A DNA stretch of 64,000 nt, taken from positions 32-64,031 of the forward strand of contig CALMWE010000268.1 of assembly GCA_937873795.1 (NCBI GenBank). Direction: 5' to 3'. Position 1 is the first letter of the stretch. Each line of letters starts with the position of its first letter. Shown in pieces: positions 46,701 to 55,016 of the stretch. The translations under genes and the position numbers were made by a program. Under the pieces are notes generated by a model that saw only the letters and a list, made by a program, of their open reading frames with translations, was not told the origin of the DNA and searched no databases. Source of the stretch: an uncultured Bacillales bacterium (GTDB lineage Bacteria > Bacillota_I > Bacilli_A > RFN20 > CAG-826).

Positions 46701-49672
46701 GGGATACCACGATCGTCGACCCGGATGGCCTGGGAACCAGTTTCCGCAACGTCACCGACTGGGCCGCAGAAGGCGCCAACCTCGAATTGATGCTCGACAC
46801 CCTCAATACCTTTGGTAATGACCTAGAGGGCATCGACTTCATGGACTTCTCCGCCGAGAACGTCGAAAGCCTGTTGACCGAACTGGCCCACAGCGGCATC
46901 TTTGATGATCCCGACGGCGATTACCTCTTAGGCGAATTCCTCTATTCGAAATTCATCGGCGCCGGCATGGGCGAATACCTGCTGGATAAAGATGAAGTCT
47001 CTACCGATCCGTCTCCCTACGATGAAGTCCATAGCGACTTCCTCAGTGTCGGACCGACGACCAGCGAAGCTGATAAATTAGCTTGGGAACAAGAAATCAG
47101 CGCCATCGCCAATGTCATCGGGGCCGTCAATGATTTGGAAACCGCGCTTGGTTCCACCGATGGACTCGGCGCGTTGACCAATGGCAGTGCCAGTGCCGCG
47201 CAAATCGAAACCGTCGTCTTAGCGGTCAACGATTGCTCGGTGCTCCGTATGGCCATCTACAATGTCTTCGATGATATGTTGGGCGGAGGTTCCATGAACA
47301 TGGGCAGCCTCAATCCGTCGGATGCCAATACCGCCATCCTCATCGACTGCACCAAAGCCGAACGTGCCACCGAAATCGGCTACACGCTCGACATCTATGA
47401 TGCCGTCCAAACCTTGGCGCTCGATACCGGCTTCAGCGAAGCCAACCTCAACGCCGATACCATCGAAACGATGTTAACCAATTTGCATAATTCCAAACTC
47501 TTCAATACCATCAACGAAGACCATTCGCGCCTTGCCGGTGACTTGACCGTGTTTGAACAAACGATCAAGATGATCGAACAAACCGCGACGCTGGATGATT
47601 ATGTCTACAAACAATCGGCCGAAGTTTTACGCGATGGCTTATTGGAAGATGATATTCTCTTGATCGGCAACAACCTCGCCGGAACCACCCTCGATGTCGA
47701 TGGTTGGCTCGGTGTCGGCGGTGAAATCGCCAAACTCGGCGATTTGATGCAAGCCTTCAAAGATACCGCTCTGACGTTCACTTCCTTTGGTACCGATGGC
47801 GCCAACGCCGTCTCCACCTTAATGGATACGCCCGAAGGCATCATCAAAGTCCAAAACTTGCTCCTCGCCGTCAACCATTCCGAACTCATGTATCCGGCCA
47901 TCCCGAACTTATTTGATACGATGCTGACCGCGACCGATGTCGGTATTACCGGCGTCGACCTGTCCGCTGCCAATACCCACTATGTGGGTGACCGCGGCGA
48001 AGGTGCCTATCCCGACAGCGAGATCACTTCGATTACCGACCTGTTCTCGCAAATGAAGGATTTGGCGTCCACGTCCTATAACGACTTGTCCGCGTTAACC
48101 ACCGATACCCTCGATGATATCGAAGATCTTCTGACCAGCTTAGCCGAATCGGAAATCTTCCATCAACAAGGCGCCAGCAGTGGCGTCAATAGCGATCCGA
48201 CCGTCTTTGAACAATTGATGGTCAAGATCATGGATGACACCGGTATCAGCGGCCAAATCAACGATACCAACAACCCCAATCCGCTTTACTACGACGGCCT
48301 CGTCTACAAATTCGCCTCCGCTCATGAAAAAGCGTTATACCTCGTTGTCAATTTCGAAACGATCAACGATTCCGGTGATTTGTTTACCACCAGTTGGACC
48401 GGTACCGGCGGTGAAATCGAAGCCTTCATCCGCATCTTCCGCGAAATCAAACGCGCGATGCCGAGCATGACGACGGCGACCATCGATCCGACCGCCATCA
48501 ACCCGACCAATGTCTCTGACATCTTAGCCGCCTTGAACTACTCGAACCTCGGTTCGGATGCGGTCCCCAAGGTCATTAAAGACAGCTTCACCGATATCAG
48601 CATCAACACTTTCACCGGCGGAAACGAAGAATACTATCTGACCCCGATGGAATATGCGGATACCGAACTCGATGACAAAGATTATTCAACCCTGATTCCG
48701 ACCACGACTTCGACCGGCCTCTTCCATATCTTGCTCAACGCGTTCTGGGATGAAACCCTCGACCCGGATGGCTACATCGATATGAGTGGTGGGTTCAGCT
48801 TGGCCAACTATGTCAATGGCGGACACTCAACCTCCAACATCCTCCAATTCCTCGAAGGGTCCAAGATCTTTGGTCCGACCGTTCCGGGAAAAACCTATAA
48901 GGTTCGGTCGTTGGTTTTCTACAACTGGCTCGACCAAATCGAAATGGAAAAATACATCCGTACCCTCGCTAATGGCTCGATGACCGCCGATGAACGTTGC
49001 ACCAAACTTGAAAACGTGTTTGCCGGCGACTTCGACTATGTCATGGAAAGCGGCTCGTTGGATGGCCTTGTGGTCAACCTCAACGGCTTCACCGGTGCCG
49101 TCAACGCCGGCTCCTTGGAAGGCTTTGGCCAGCAAGCCTCGGCAATGATCTCCTCGACCTATGCCGTCGATGGTTCCAATAACATCGTCGACCGTGCTTA
49201 CTTGTCGAGCGAACTCGTGGCCGGGTTCTACACCGATATTCTCGCTTCTGAATATGCACTCGCCGGACGTACCGGCTTCGAAATCGACTTCTTCGCCTCC
49301 GACTTTGCCGAGTTGAATCCTACCGAAGCACTCGGTGTTAATGGAGCGCTTGAAGTTGTCCCCGAAATCAACGCCATCGTCAGCGGTGGAACGACTCAAG
49401 CCGAAGTCGACGCTTTACGCGCCAGCTTCGTGGACATGGGCAGTTATGTGGCTTGCCACACGCCCGGACCTGCTTGGAATAACGGCAACTCGCACATCGC
49501 CCAACTCATCTACGCGGCGCGTGTCGTGACCAACGCCAACTTTGTCGGCGCTAAAGCTGCTTACGAATTCCTCAATCCGGGTCAAACCATCGAAGATGAT
49601 CCGTATGTCTCCGGATTCGTCTTTGAAACCGAAGGCGGAAAGATTTGCGACTACTACGAAACCTTGATCTAG
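43784..49672 (+). CDS. giant (1,962 aa) acidic repeat protein with CvpA-like N-terminal membrane anchor, function unknown
   Basis: One uninterrupted ORF with TATAAT at 43750-43755, a GGAG RBS and a terminator at 49682-49712. It has N-terminal TM helices (GLWRGIWNASFRLI) and a D/E-rich remainder with recurring motifs. Confidence 0.85.
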   Translation: MNIASLSTAILTNLPIAPDQVQLYFTLGFFVIVLFLVLGFLIGLWRGIWNASFRLIFVGGLVIVAFLFTRNIADALSNIDIKAFLANFGVNLTTIDVPLGEDTIVVEVTSAREMVLSLISQAYEAFGLGSADSAAASELILALALVFIRYIIFIVEALLIVFVIDPLSGLLYHLIFKWFIPKPVRKHMKKRLIGGFENMVKVGLVTTMMMIPFTSLLNTINQAVRDRDTVRVEGNSETYDTMMSFLDAYNNSAFAQILFNWSVNEDGKTLDVVLMDFVTQENMDDATLALSTEMYTVAQIGTTLISSGIIEDAQVALSTQILTNEDLVSSLFLSLANSALIVKAIPIALAVAMNMPEVQEYVDPTLLDFDGVDWREELLNLSTITNQVVASGVVTSILNAGDDPNAVPVAALRSLTAATAHDDVKAALTAIDDSEFLSQVIPAVLYTMVQSEIATPLPEGSLGLSTFLPTDWADYEDFHFGEELGLVYDTFYNLMNVTPDFTDMVIDTLFTQTEEPSPAIRTTKNAQSNSDPYSYGGGGLVRDPSYILGVWTKDDLIAEIRDNIDPILALIVGATDDDGDPLNVDAEGKTDLTVAGAKPCILDSDLLMSGMRGILDYGLTQLGSMDALTSMGFALDETKKDEVLTDLEGATSGERRVNFKREYGSVLGIVGALIGNDKLVEALGLTSSESSSSEQSSAAVQADNPETEPGAKTPLRSSVDSSSSSSSEDNAVLDLFQDEEVREYIKDEVCPRLDNSHLMGFLLPDILEAVVGGTDFTEIRDFIGLDVTDLNFDLDSIGTEMGVFIDLMGYALNVMDADMNDIETFIGEHAGDITGILDCIYQSNIFNPKDALGNFESENYYTILETIFTGSGDFGFDPDEVSAAVRSVDETGWATTYDEEGNVVQYGENYYMIHTISTVFDEGLFDLMGETNILTALNSPEYDGAITAVFSSIEDSEVMSSCFGGLLDNLFSGDTTIVDPDGLGTSFRNVTDWAAEGANLELMLDTLNTFGNDLEGIDFMDFSAENVESLLTELAHSGIFDDPDGDYLLGEFLYSKFIGAGMGEYLLDKDEVSTDPSPYDEVHSDFLSVGPTTSEADKLAWEQEISAIANVIGAVNDLETALGSTDGLGALTNGSASAAQIETVVLAVNDCSVLRMAIYNVFDDMLGGGSMNMGSLNPSDANTAILIDCTKAERATEIGYTLDIYDAVQTLALDTGFSEANLNADTIETMLTNLHNSKLFNTINEDHSRLAGDLTVFEQTIKMIEQTATLDDYVYKQSAEVLRDGLLEDDILLIGNNLAGTTLDVDGWLGVGGEIAKLGDLMQAFKDTALTFTSFGTDGANAVSTLMDTPEGIIKVQNLLLAVNHSELMYPAIPNLFDTMLTATDVGITGVDLSAANTHYVGDRGEGAYPDSEITSITDLFSQMKDLASTSYNDLSALTTDTLDDIEDLLTSLAESEIFHQQGASSGVNSDPTVFEQLMVKIMDDTGISGQINDTNNPNPLYYDGLVYKFASAHEKALYLVVNFETINDSGDLFTTSWTGTGGEIEAFIRIFREIKRAMPSMTTATIDPTAINPTNVSDILAALNYSNLGSDAVPKVIKDSFTDISINTFTGGNEEYYLTPMEYADTELDDKDYSTLIPTTTSTGLFHILLNAFWDETLDPDGYIDMSGGFSLANYVNGGHSTSNILQFLEGSKIFGPTVPGKTYKVRSLVFYNWLDQIEMEKYIRTLANGSMTADERCTKLENVFAGDFDYVMESGSLDGLVVNLNGFTGAVNAGSLEGFGQQASAMISSTYAVDGSNNIVDRAYLSSELVAGFYTDILASEYALAGRTGFEIDFFASDFAELNPTEALGVNGALEVVPEINAIVSGGTTQAEVDALRASFVDMGSYVACHTPGPAWNNGNSHIAQLIYAARVVTNANFVGAKAAYEFLNPGQTIEDDPYVSGFVFETEGGKICDYYETLI
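45839..45970 (+). repeat. Ser-rich low-complexity linker inside the giant ORF
   Basis: TSSESSSSEQSS...RSSVDSSSSSSSED, encoded by mixed Ser codons (tcc/agt/tca/tcg/agc/tct). Confidence 0.7.
46277..48589 (+). repeat. divergent protein-level repeats of about 195-230 aa within the giant ORF
   Basis: Recurring motifs: LL..L..S.IF at nt 46277, 46859, 47459 and 48107. L.AVN.S.L...IP..F at 46625, 47213, 47858 and 48521. W.G.GGEI at 47705 and 48395. Confidence 0.55.
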
Positions 49673-49681
49673 ACGATACGA

Positions 49682-49712
49682 AGATCCCTCGGGCAACCGA
49701 GGGATTTTTTTA
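49682..49712 (+). terminator. rho-independent terminator after the giant ORF
   Basis: ATCCCTCGG-GCAA-CCGAGGGAT stem followed by T7. Confidence 0.85.
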
Positions 49713-49739
49713 TTCTTGTATGGTAAAATGGTTATCGCT

Positions 49740-50363
49740 ATGAACTACGGCATCGAAAAAGAAAACCAATTTACGCTGATCGTCGAAAAGTCCGAATTTA
49801 TCGGGCTTGTTTTTCCGCTTCATAATCTCGATGAAGTATCCGTTCATCTATCCCAAATCAAGAAACGTTATCCCGATGCCCGGCATTATTGTTATGCCTA
49901 TCGTTTGGGCAACAGCAGCCGTTCCAGCGATGACGGCGAACCCTCGGGAACCGCCGGACGACCGCTGTTAGAACTTCTGAACAAGAAAGAACTCGATCGA
50001 GTTTTACTTGTGGTGGTCCGCTACTTCGGTGGAACTAAACTTGGCGCCGGCCGTCTTTTACGGACGTATATCGAAGCCGGAAACTTAGCCTTATCGGGAT
50101 GCCACATCGGTACTTTTCAAACCTTTTCCGGGTTTCGTCTGGAACTTCCTTACTCATCCATCGATAACGTCAAACAATGGGCACGCGAATCCGGTGCCAT
50201 CATCGAACAAATAGTCTATAATGAAACAGTTGAAATGACCGTATACGGTCCTCTCGACGCTTGGCCTTCGCTCGAAGGCTTGCTTCCCAAACTTGAAAAA
50301 CGGGAAGTATTGACACCCAAAGAAGTCTTAGTTTTCAAGGAGGAAAAAGACCATGTGTCCTGA
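49740..50363 (+). CDS. yigZ: YigZ / IMPACT (UPF0029) family protein
   Basis: Has the hallmark DDGEPSGTAGRPLL and VVRYFGGTKLGAGRL. A TGGTAAAAT extended -10 at about 49725 argues for the ATG at 49740. Confidence 0.85.
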   Translation: MNYGIEKENQFTLIVEKSEFIGLVFPLHNLDEVSVHLSQIKKRYPDARHYCYAYRLGNSSRSSDDGEPSGTAGRPLLELLNKKELDRVLLVVVRYFGGTKLGAGRLLRTYIEAGNLALSGCHIGTFQTFSGFRLELPYSSIDNVKQWARESGAIIEQIVYNETVEMTVYGPLDAWPSLEGLLPKLEKREVLTPKEVLVFKEEKDHVS

Positions 50364-51174
50364 ACAAGAATGCAATCACGACTGCTCATCTTGCGGCGAG
50401 TCGTGTTCCGAACGGATCGAAAAAGCCAAGCTCAACGCCAAGAGCTCGGTCAAGAAAATTATTGGCGTTATTTCCGGTAAAGGCGGCGTTGGCAAAAGCC
50501 TCGTCAGTTCGCTTTTAGCGGTAGGCCTCAATCAAACCGGAGCTCATGTCGCGCTTTTAGACGCGGACGTCACCGGACCGTCGATTCCCAAAAGTTTTGG
50601 CATTGACGGCAAAGCCGTAGGGGACGGCGAAATGATTATTCCCGCAAAAAGCAGCCACGGAATCGACATTATGTCGGCCGCGATGTTACTTGAAAATGAC
50701 GATGATCCCATCGTTTGGCGCGGACCACTCATCGGCAACCTCGTCAAACAGTTCTATACCGACGTGTTATGGAAGGAAGTCGACTTTATGGTCGTCGATA
50801 TGCCCCCGGGAACCGGGGACGTCGCCCTCACGACCTTCCAATCGCTTCCCGTCGATGGCATCATCATCGTGACCACCCCGCAAGATTTAGTCGGCTCCAT
50901 CGTCAAAAAAGCCATCCGTATGGCGGAAATGATGAATATTAAAGTCCTCGGTATCGTTGAAAATATGTCGTACATCGCTTGCCCGCATTGCGATGAGAAG
51001 ATTTCCCTCTACGGCAAAGGACGTACCGACGAAATGGCCAAAACCTACAACTTGCCGGTGTTAGCCAAGATTCCTCTCCGCGAAGAGATTTCCCTCGCGG
51101 TGGACCAAGGAAACGTCGAAAGTTTGCATGTTGATTACCTCGATGATGCAATAAAGATGATAAAATCGTTATAA
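50353..51174 (+). CDS. mrp: Mrp/NBP35 (ApbC) family iron-sulfur cluster carrier ATPase
   Basis: Deviant Walker A SGKGGVGKS. N-terminal Cys cluster CNHDCSSCGESC. CPHC motif. Confidence 0.9.
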   Translation: MCPEQECNHDCSSCGESCSERIEKAKLNAKSSVKKIIGVISGKGGVGKSLVSSLLAVGLNQTGAHVALLDADVTGPSIPKSFGIDGKAVGDGEMIIPAKSSHGIDIMSAAMLLENDDDPIVWRGPLIGNLVKQFYTDVLWKEVDFMVVDMPPGTGDVALTTFQSLPVDGIIIVTTPQDLVGSIVKKAIRMAEMMNIKVLGIVENMSYIACPHCDEKISLYGKGRTDEMAKTYNLPVLAKIPLREEISLAVDQGNVESLHVDYLDDAIKMIKSL

Positions 51175-51188
51175 CAGGAGATAAACCT

Positions 51189-52445
51189 ATGGAAGTTATT
51201 ACCGAATATGCCGAACGTCGCGAGACGCTCATCCGAAAACTCAAAAACCAAAGCTTAACGCTCATTTATGCCGGCGTCCCCAAGATTGCGACCGCCGATG
51301 ACGAATATCCGTTTGTCGTCAACCGCAACTTCTTTTACCTCACCGGTATTTGCCAAGCCAACAGTGTCCTTTTCATCGTCAAGGGCAATGAAGGCCCGAA
51401 GACCTACTTGTTCGTCGACGAATACGATGAACTCAAAGAAAAATGGACTGGCAAACGCCTGACCCTTGATGAAGCCCGTACGCTTTCTGGTGTCCAAGAC
51501 ATCATGCTCACCAAAAACTTGGGAACCAAAATCGATGAAGCCCTCCGTGAAAGCGGACAATTCGGCGTCATCAAAACTCTTTACCTTGACTTGGAAAAAG
51601 AACTCAAAATCTCGATGGGTTTCACGACCAAAGATTTGTCCAATCAACTTGGTGCCCGCTATTCCCAACTCGAAATCCTCGATGTCTTTGATATGATCAT
51701 GCGTCAACGGATGATCAAATCCGCTGCCGAAGTCAATGCGATGAAAACCGCCGTGGCCACGACTCATTTAGGCCTTAAAGCCATCATGAAGAACATCCGC
51801 GTCGGGATGTATGAATACCAACTCGAAGCGCTCTTCCGTTACACGATCCGCGATGCCGCCAATGCCGGACTTGCGTTCGATACGATTATTGCCGCCGGCA
51901 AAAACGCGACCATCCTGCACTATCCCACCCCGAACGATAAAATCTCCGATGGCGCCTTAGTCCTCTGCGACTTAGGGGCCCGTTATGGCAATTACAGTGC
52001 CGATATCACCCGCACCTATCCGGCTTCGGGAACGTTCAATCCGCTGCAACGCGCCATTTACGAAATCGTCCTTAAATGCAACAAGGACATCATCTCGTTC
52101 ATCCGTCCGGGTTTGACCTTGCTGGATTTACAAAAACGCACGGTGGAACTTTTAACCCGTGAATGCCTTGATCACAATCTCATCAAGACCGCGGATGAAA
52201 TTTCCAAACACTATTATCACAACGTCTCGCACCATTTAGGTTTGAATACCCATGACGTCTGCGACCGCGAAGTCCCGCTTGCTCCGGGCATGGTCATCAC
52301 CGTCGAACCGGGTTTGTATTTCAAAGAATTCGGCATCGGCGTCCGGATTGAAGACGATGTCTTAGTCACTCCCACAGGATCGGACTGCTTAAGCAAAGAC
52401 ATCATCAAAGAAATCGAAGACATCGAAAAAGCCATCAAACGCTAG
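51189..52445 (+). CDS. Xaa-Pro aminopeptidase (M24B) with AMP_N domain
   Basis: 418 aa. Metal ligands lie in LCDLGARYGNYSADITRT, HHLGLNTHD, VEPG and RIEDD. Confidence 0.88.
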   Translation: MEVITEYAERRETLIRKLKNQSLTLIYAGVPKIATADDEYPFVVNRNFFYLTGICQANSVLFIVKGNEGPKTYLFVDEYDELKEKWTGKRLTLDEARTLSGVQDIMLTKNLGTKIDEALRESGQFGVIKTLYLDLEKELKISMGFTTKDLSNQLGARYSQLEILDVFDMIMRQRMIKSAAEVNAMKTAVATTHLGLKAIMKNIRVGMYEYQLEALFRYTIRDAANAGLAFDTIIAAGKNATILHYPTPNDKISDGALVLCDLGARYGNYSADITRTYPASGTFNPLQRAIYEIVLKCNKDIISFIRPGLTLLDLQKRTVELLTRECLDHNLIKTADEISKHYYHNVSHHLGLNTHDVCDREVPLAPGMVITVEPGLYFKEFGIGVRIEDDVLVTPTGSDCLSKDIIKEIEDIEKAIKR

Positions 52446-52453
52446 TTCAAGCG

Positions 52454-52486
52454 AATCCCTCATGAGCTTCATGGGGGTTTTTTTTG
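52454..52486 (+). terminator. rho-independent terminator after the aminopeptidase gene
   Basis: CCCTCATGA-GCT-TCATGGGGG stem followed by T8. Confidence 0.8.
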
Positions 52487-52738
52487 CCGTTTTTCAAAGA
52501 AAAGAATAGGAAGTCGCACGAATGTCCCGCCAACGAGACTTCTATGCGACAAATAAGGGCGTAAATGCAGCGTTTGAGACGTTTTAGCGACTAACTTGAA
52601 TGAATTCACATTGTGGCCCAATTCGCCTTTCATAAGCTGAAAAAAGAACGTTGTCTGCTTTTGCTTTTTGGCATCGACGTTGGATTCCTTTGATTGTCAC
52701 TGCATTTGGTTTTAGTATAAAGAAGCGAGGACAAAATC

Positions 52739-53419
52739 ATGGAATACCAAAAATTGATTGATCTTCTTTTTACGCAAAGAGATGAGAAGTATTCTGAGTT
52801 CAACAAAAAAATCGTCAATACGCAAATCAAAATCGTCGGTGTACGTTCTCCCGCCCTCGGGAAAATCATCAAGCAACTGAAAAAAGACAACGTCGATCCA
52901 AGCGCTTGGAAATGGCACGATTACTTGGAAGTGGATTTTCTCATTGCCTCGATGATGCTGTCCCATTTGAAAACCGTTGAAGAAAAATATGCCTTTATCG
53001 GAGAATTCCTAAAGGAAACGGATAACTGGGCGGTCGTCGATTCCCTCAGCGGCGGATTTTCCATTTCGGATTTTTCAATCGGTCTCAAATGGATCAAGAA
53101 GTTTTCGGTTTCCAAATACCCGTTTGTGAGACGTTTTGCTTATGTCCATGCATTGAACAACTTTGCTCAAAAGGAAAACTTGAGCGAAATATTCAAGGTC
53201 ATGAAACCCGATGAACATTATTACGTTCGCATGGGGCAAGCATGGCTTTTGGCGGAATGCTTTCTTGAAGATCCCGTTGCCACCGAAGCCTTTTTGAAAG
53301 AAAATCCGTTGGATGATTGGACCATCAATAAGGCGATTTCCAAAATCCACGATTCCTTCCGTGTCAGTTCAGAAACCAAGGAATATCTGAAAAAATATCG
53401 ACGAAGTCGAAAAAGTTAG
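52739..53419 (+). CDS. DNA alkylation repair (AlkD-like HEAT-repeat) protein
   Basis: 226 aa, helical. The pattern (KYSEFNKKI...GVRSPALGKI...WAVVDSL...FVRRFAY...YYVRMGQAWLLAE...INKAISK) is typical of the DNA alkylation repair enzyme family. Confidence 0.7.
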   Translation: MEYQKLIDLLFTQRDEKYSEFNKKIVNTQIKIVGVRSPALGKIIKQLKKDNVDPSAWKWHDYLEVDFLIASMMLSHLKTVEEKYAFIGEFLKETDNWAVVDSLSGGFSISDFSIGLKWIKKFSVSKYPFVRRFAYVHALNNFAQKENLSEIFKVMKPDEHYYVRMGQAWLLAECFLEDPVATEAFLKENPLDDWTINKAISKIHDSFRVSSETKEYLKKYRRSRKS

Positions 53420-53457
53420 TATAATGATTTTAAAGTGTAATTAGGGAGAGATTCATC

Positions 53458-54930
53458 ATGGAAAAGTTCATTCTTTCGATTGACCAAGGAACGACCTCGA
53501 CACGGGCCATTCTTTTTGATTCCAAAGGGACCAACCGCTTTCAGGCCGTCAACGAAGTCAAATGCTTATATCCTCATCCGGGTTGGGTCGAACAAGATCC
53601 GCTCGAGCTTTGGGTCAGCGTCATCAATGTCATCAACGAGGTGTTGATTAAAGCCAATCTGACCATGAAGAATATCGATTCCATCGGCATCACCAATCAA
53701 CGTGAAACCACGGTGGTTTGGGATAAAGAAACGGGCATGCCGATTTATAACGCCGTCGTTTGGCAAAGCCGCCAATCGCTTTCCATCTGCGACAAATTCG
53801 AAAAGCAGAAAACATTGATTCACCACAAAACAGGACTTCTTTTAAACCCGTATTTCTCTGCGTCAAAAATCCGTTTCATCCTCGATGCGACAAAAACGCA
53901 AAAACGTGCCGAAGCCGGTGAGCTCCTTTTCGGAACCATCGACAGTTGGATTTTGTATAAACTGACCAAAGGCGAAGTGCATGCGACCGATGTCACCAAT
54001 GCCTCTCGCACCATGCTCTTCAATATTTTTGAAATGAAATGGGACGATGAATTGCTCAAGTTGTTCGCAATTCCAAAATCCATGCTTCCTTCCGTCAAAC
54101 CTTCTTCCCATAAATTCGGAGAAGCCAAATTCTTCAAACCGGCAGTCCCGATTTGCGGTGTTGCGGGAGACCAACAAGCCGCTTTATTCGGTCAAGCATG
54201 TTTCAAAACCGGTGAATCCAAGAACACCTATGGGACTGGATGTTTCATGCTGATGAATATCGGTTCAACCCCGATTCTCTCCAAAAAAGGATTATTGACC
54301 ACCGTTGCCTGGGAAGTCGAAGGAAAAGTCACCTACGCTTTGGAAGGCTCGGTTTTCGTCGGCGGTGCCGCGGTCCAATGGTTGCGCGATCAGATGAAAT
54401 TAATCAAAGACGCTCCCGACAGCGAACGCAGTGCCTGTGAAATCAAAGATTCCGAAGGCGTCTATTTCGTCCCGGCATTTGTTGGCTTAGGAACACCTTA
54501 TTGGGACAGCGATGCTCGTGGCGCCATCTTCGGCCTTACCCGCGGAACCACCAAATACCACATTGTCCGTGCCACCCTCGAAGCCATTGCCTATCAAAGT
54601 AAAGACGTCATCGAAGTCATGAAAAAGGAAGCCCAAACCGAATTAGTGACCTTAAAAGTCGACGGTGGAGCAACCGCTAATCACTTTTTAATGCAGTTCC
54701 AATCCGACATCTTGCAATGTTCTTTGAAACTTCCGCAATGTCTTGAAACCACGGCCTTGGGCGCTGCCTACTTGGCAGGATTAACTACTGGCTTTTGGAA
54801 AAACTGTGAAGAAATCCAAAGAATCCATTCTTACCAAGCCGTTTATGAACCGTCCATGGATCCTCTTGAAATCAACCGACGGTACAAGGGTTGGAAAAAG
54901 GCTGTCGCCTCCACAAGAACCTTCCGATAA
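53458..54930 (+). CDS. glpK: glycerol kinase
   Basis: ILSIDQGTTSTRAILFD, GITNQRETTVVWD, GDQQAALFGQ and DGGAT motifs. 490 aa. Confidence 0.96.
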   Translation: MEKFILSIDQGTTSTRAILFDSKGTNRFQAVNEVKCLYPHPGWVEQDPLELWVSVINVINEVLIKANLTMKNIDSIGITNQRETTVVWDKETGMPIYNAVVWQSRQSLSICDKFEKQKTLIHHKTGLLLNPYFSASKIRFILDATKTQKRAEAGELLFGTIDSWILYKLTKGEVHATDVTNASRTMLFNIFEMKWDDELLKLFAIPKSMLPSVKPSSHKFGEAKFFKPAVPICGVAGDQQAALFGQACFKTGESKNTYGTGCFMLMNIGSTPILSKKGLLTTVAWEVEGKVTYALEGSVFVGGAAVQWLRDQMKLIKDAPDSERSACEIKDSEGVYFVPAFVGLGTPYWDSDARGAIFGLTRGTTKYHIVRATLEAIAYQSKDVIEVMKKEAQTELVTLKVDGGATANHFLMQFQSDILQCSLKLPQCLETTALGAAYLAGLTTGFWKNCEEIQRIHSYQAVYEPSMDPLEINRRYKGWKKAVASTRTFR

Positions 54931-54944
54931 AAAAACAGCGCGAA

Positions 54945-54972
54945 AAAAAAGATGGTTAGTAACCATCTTTTA
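54945..54972 (+). terminator. rho-independent terminator after glpK
   Basis: AAAAGATGGTT-AGT-AACCATCTTTT. Confidence 0.8.
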
Positions 54973-55016
54973 ATTTTGATAGGTTTGACCTAAAATATTA
55001 CTATGAGGTTTTTGCG

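Noticed and set aside
52487-52738. The 250-bp non-coding gap before the alkD-like gene as a possible riboswitch, sRNA or gene remnant
   Set aside because: I recognise no riboswitch or T-box core motif and see no convincing extended stem-loops or terminator. The only ORFs there (52630-52890 and 52712-52966, minus strand) overlap the alkD-like gene and look spurious. It remains unexplained but not supportable as a feature.
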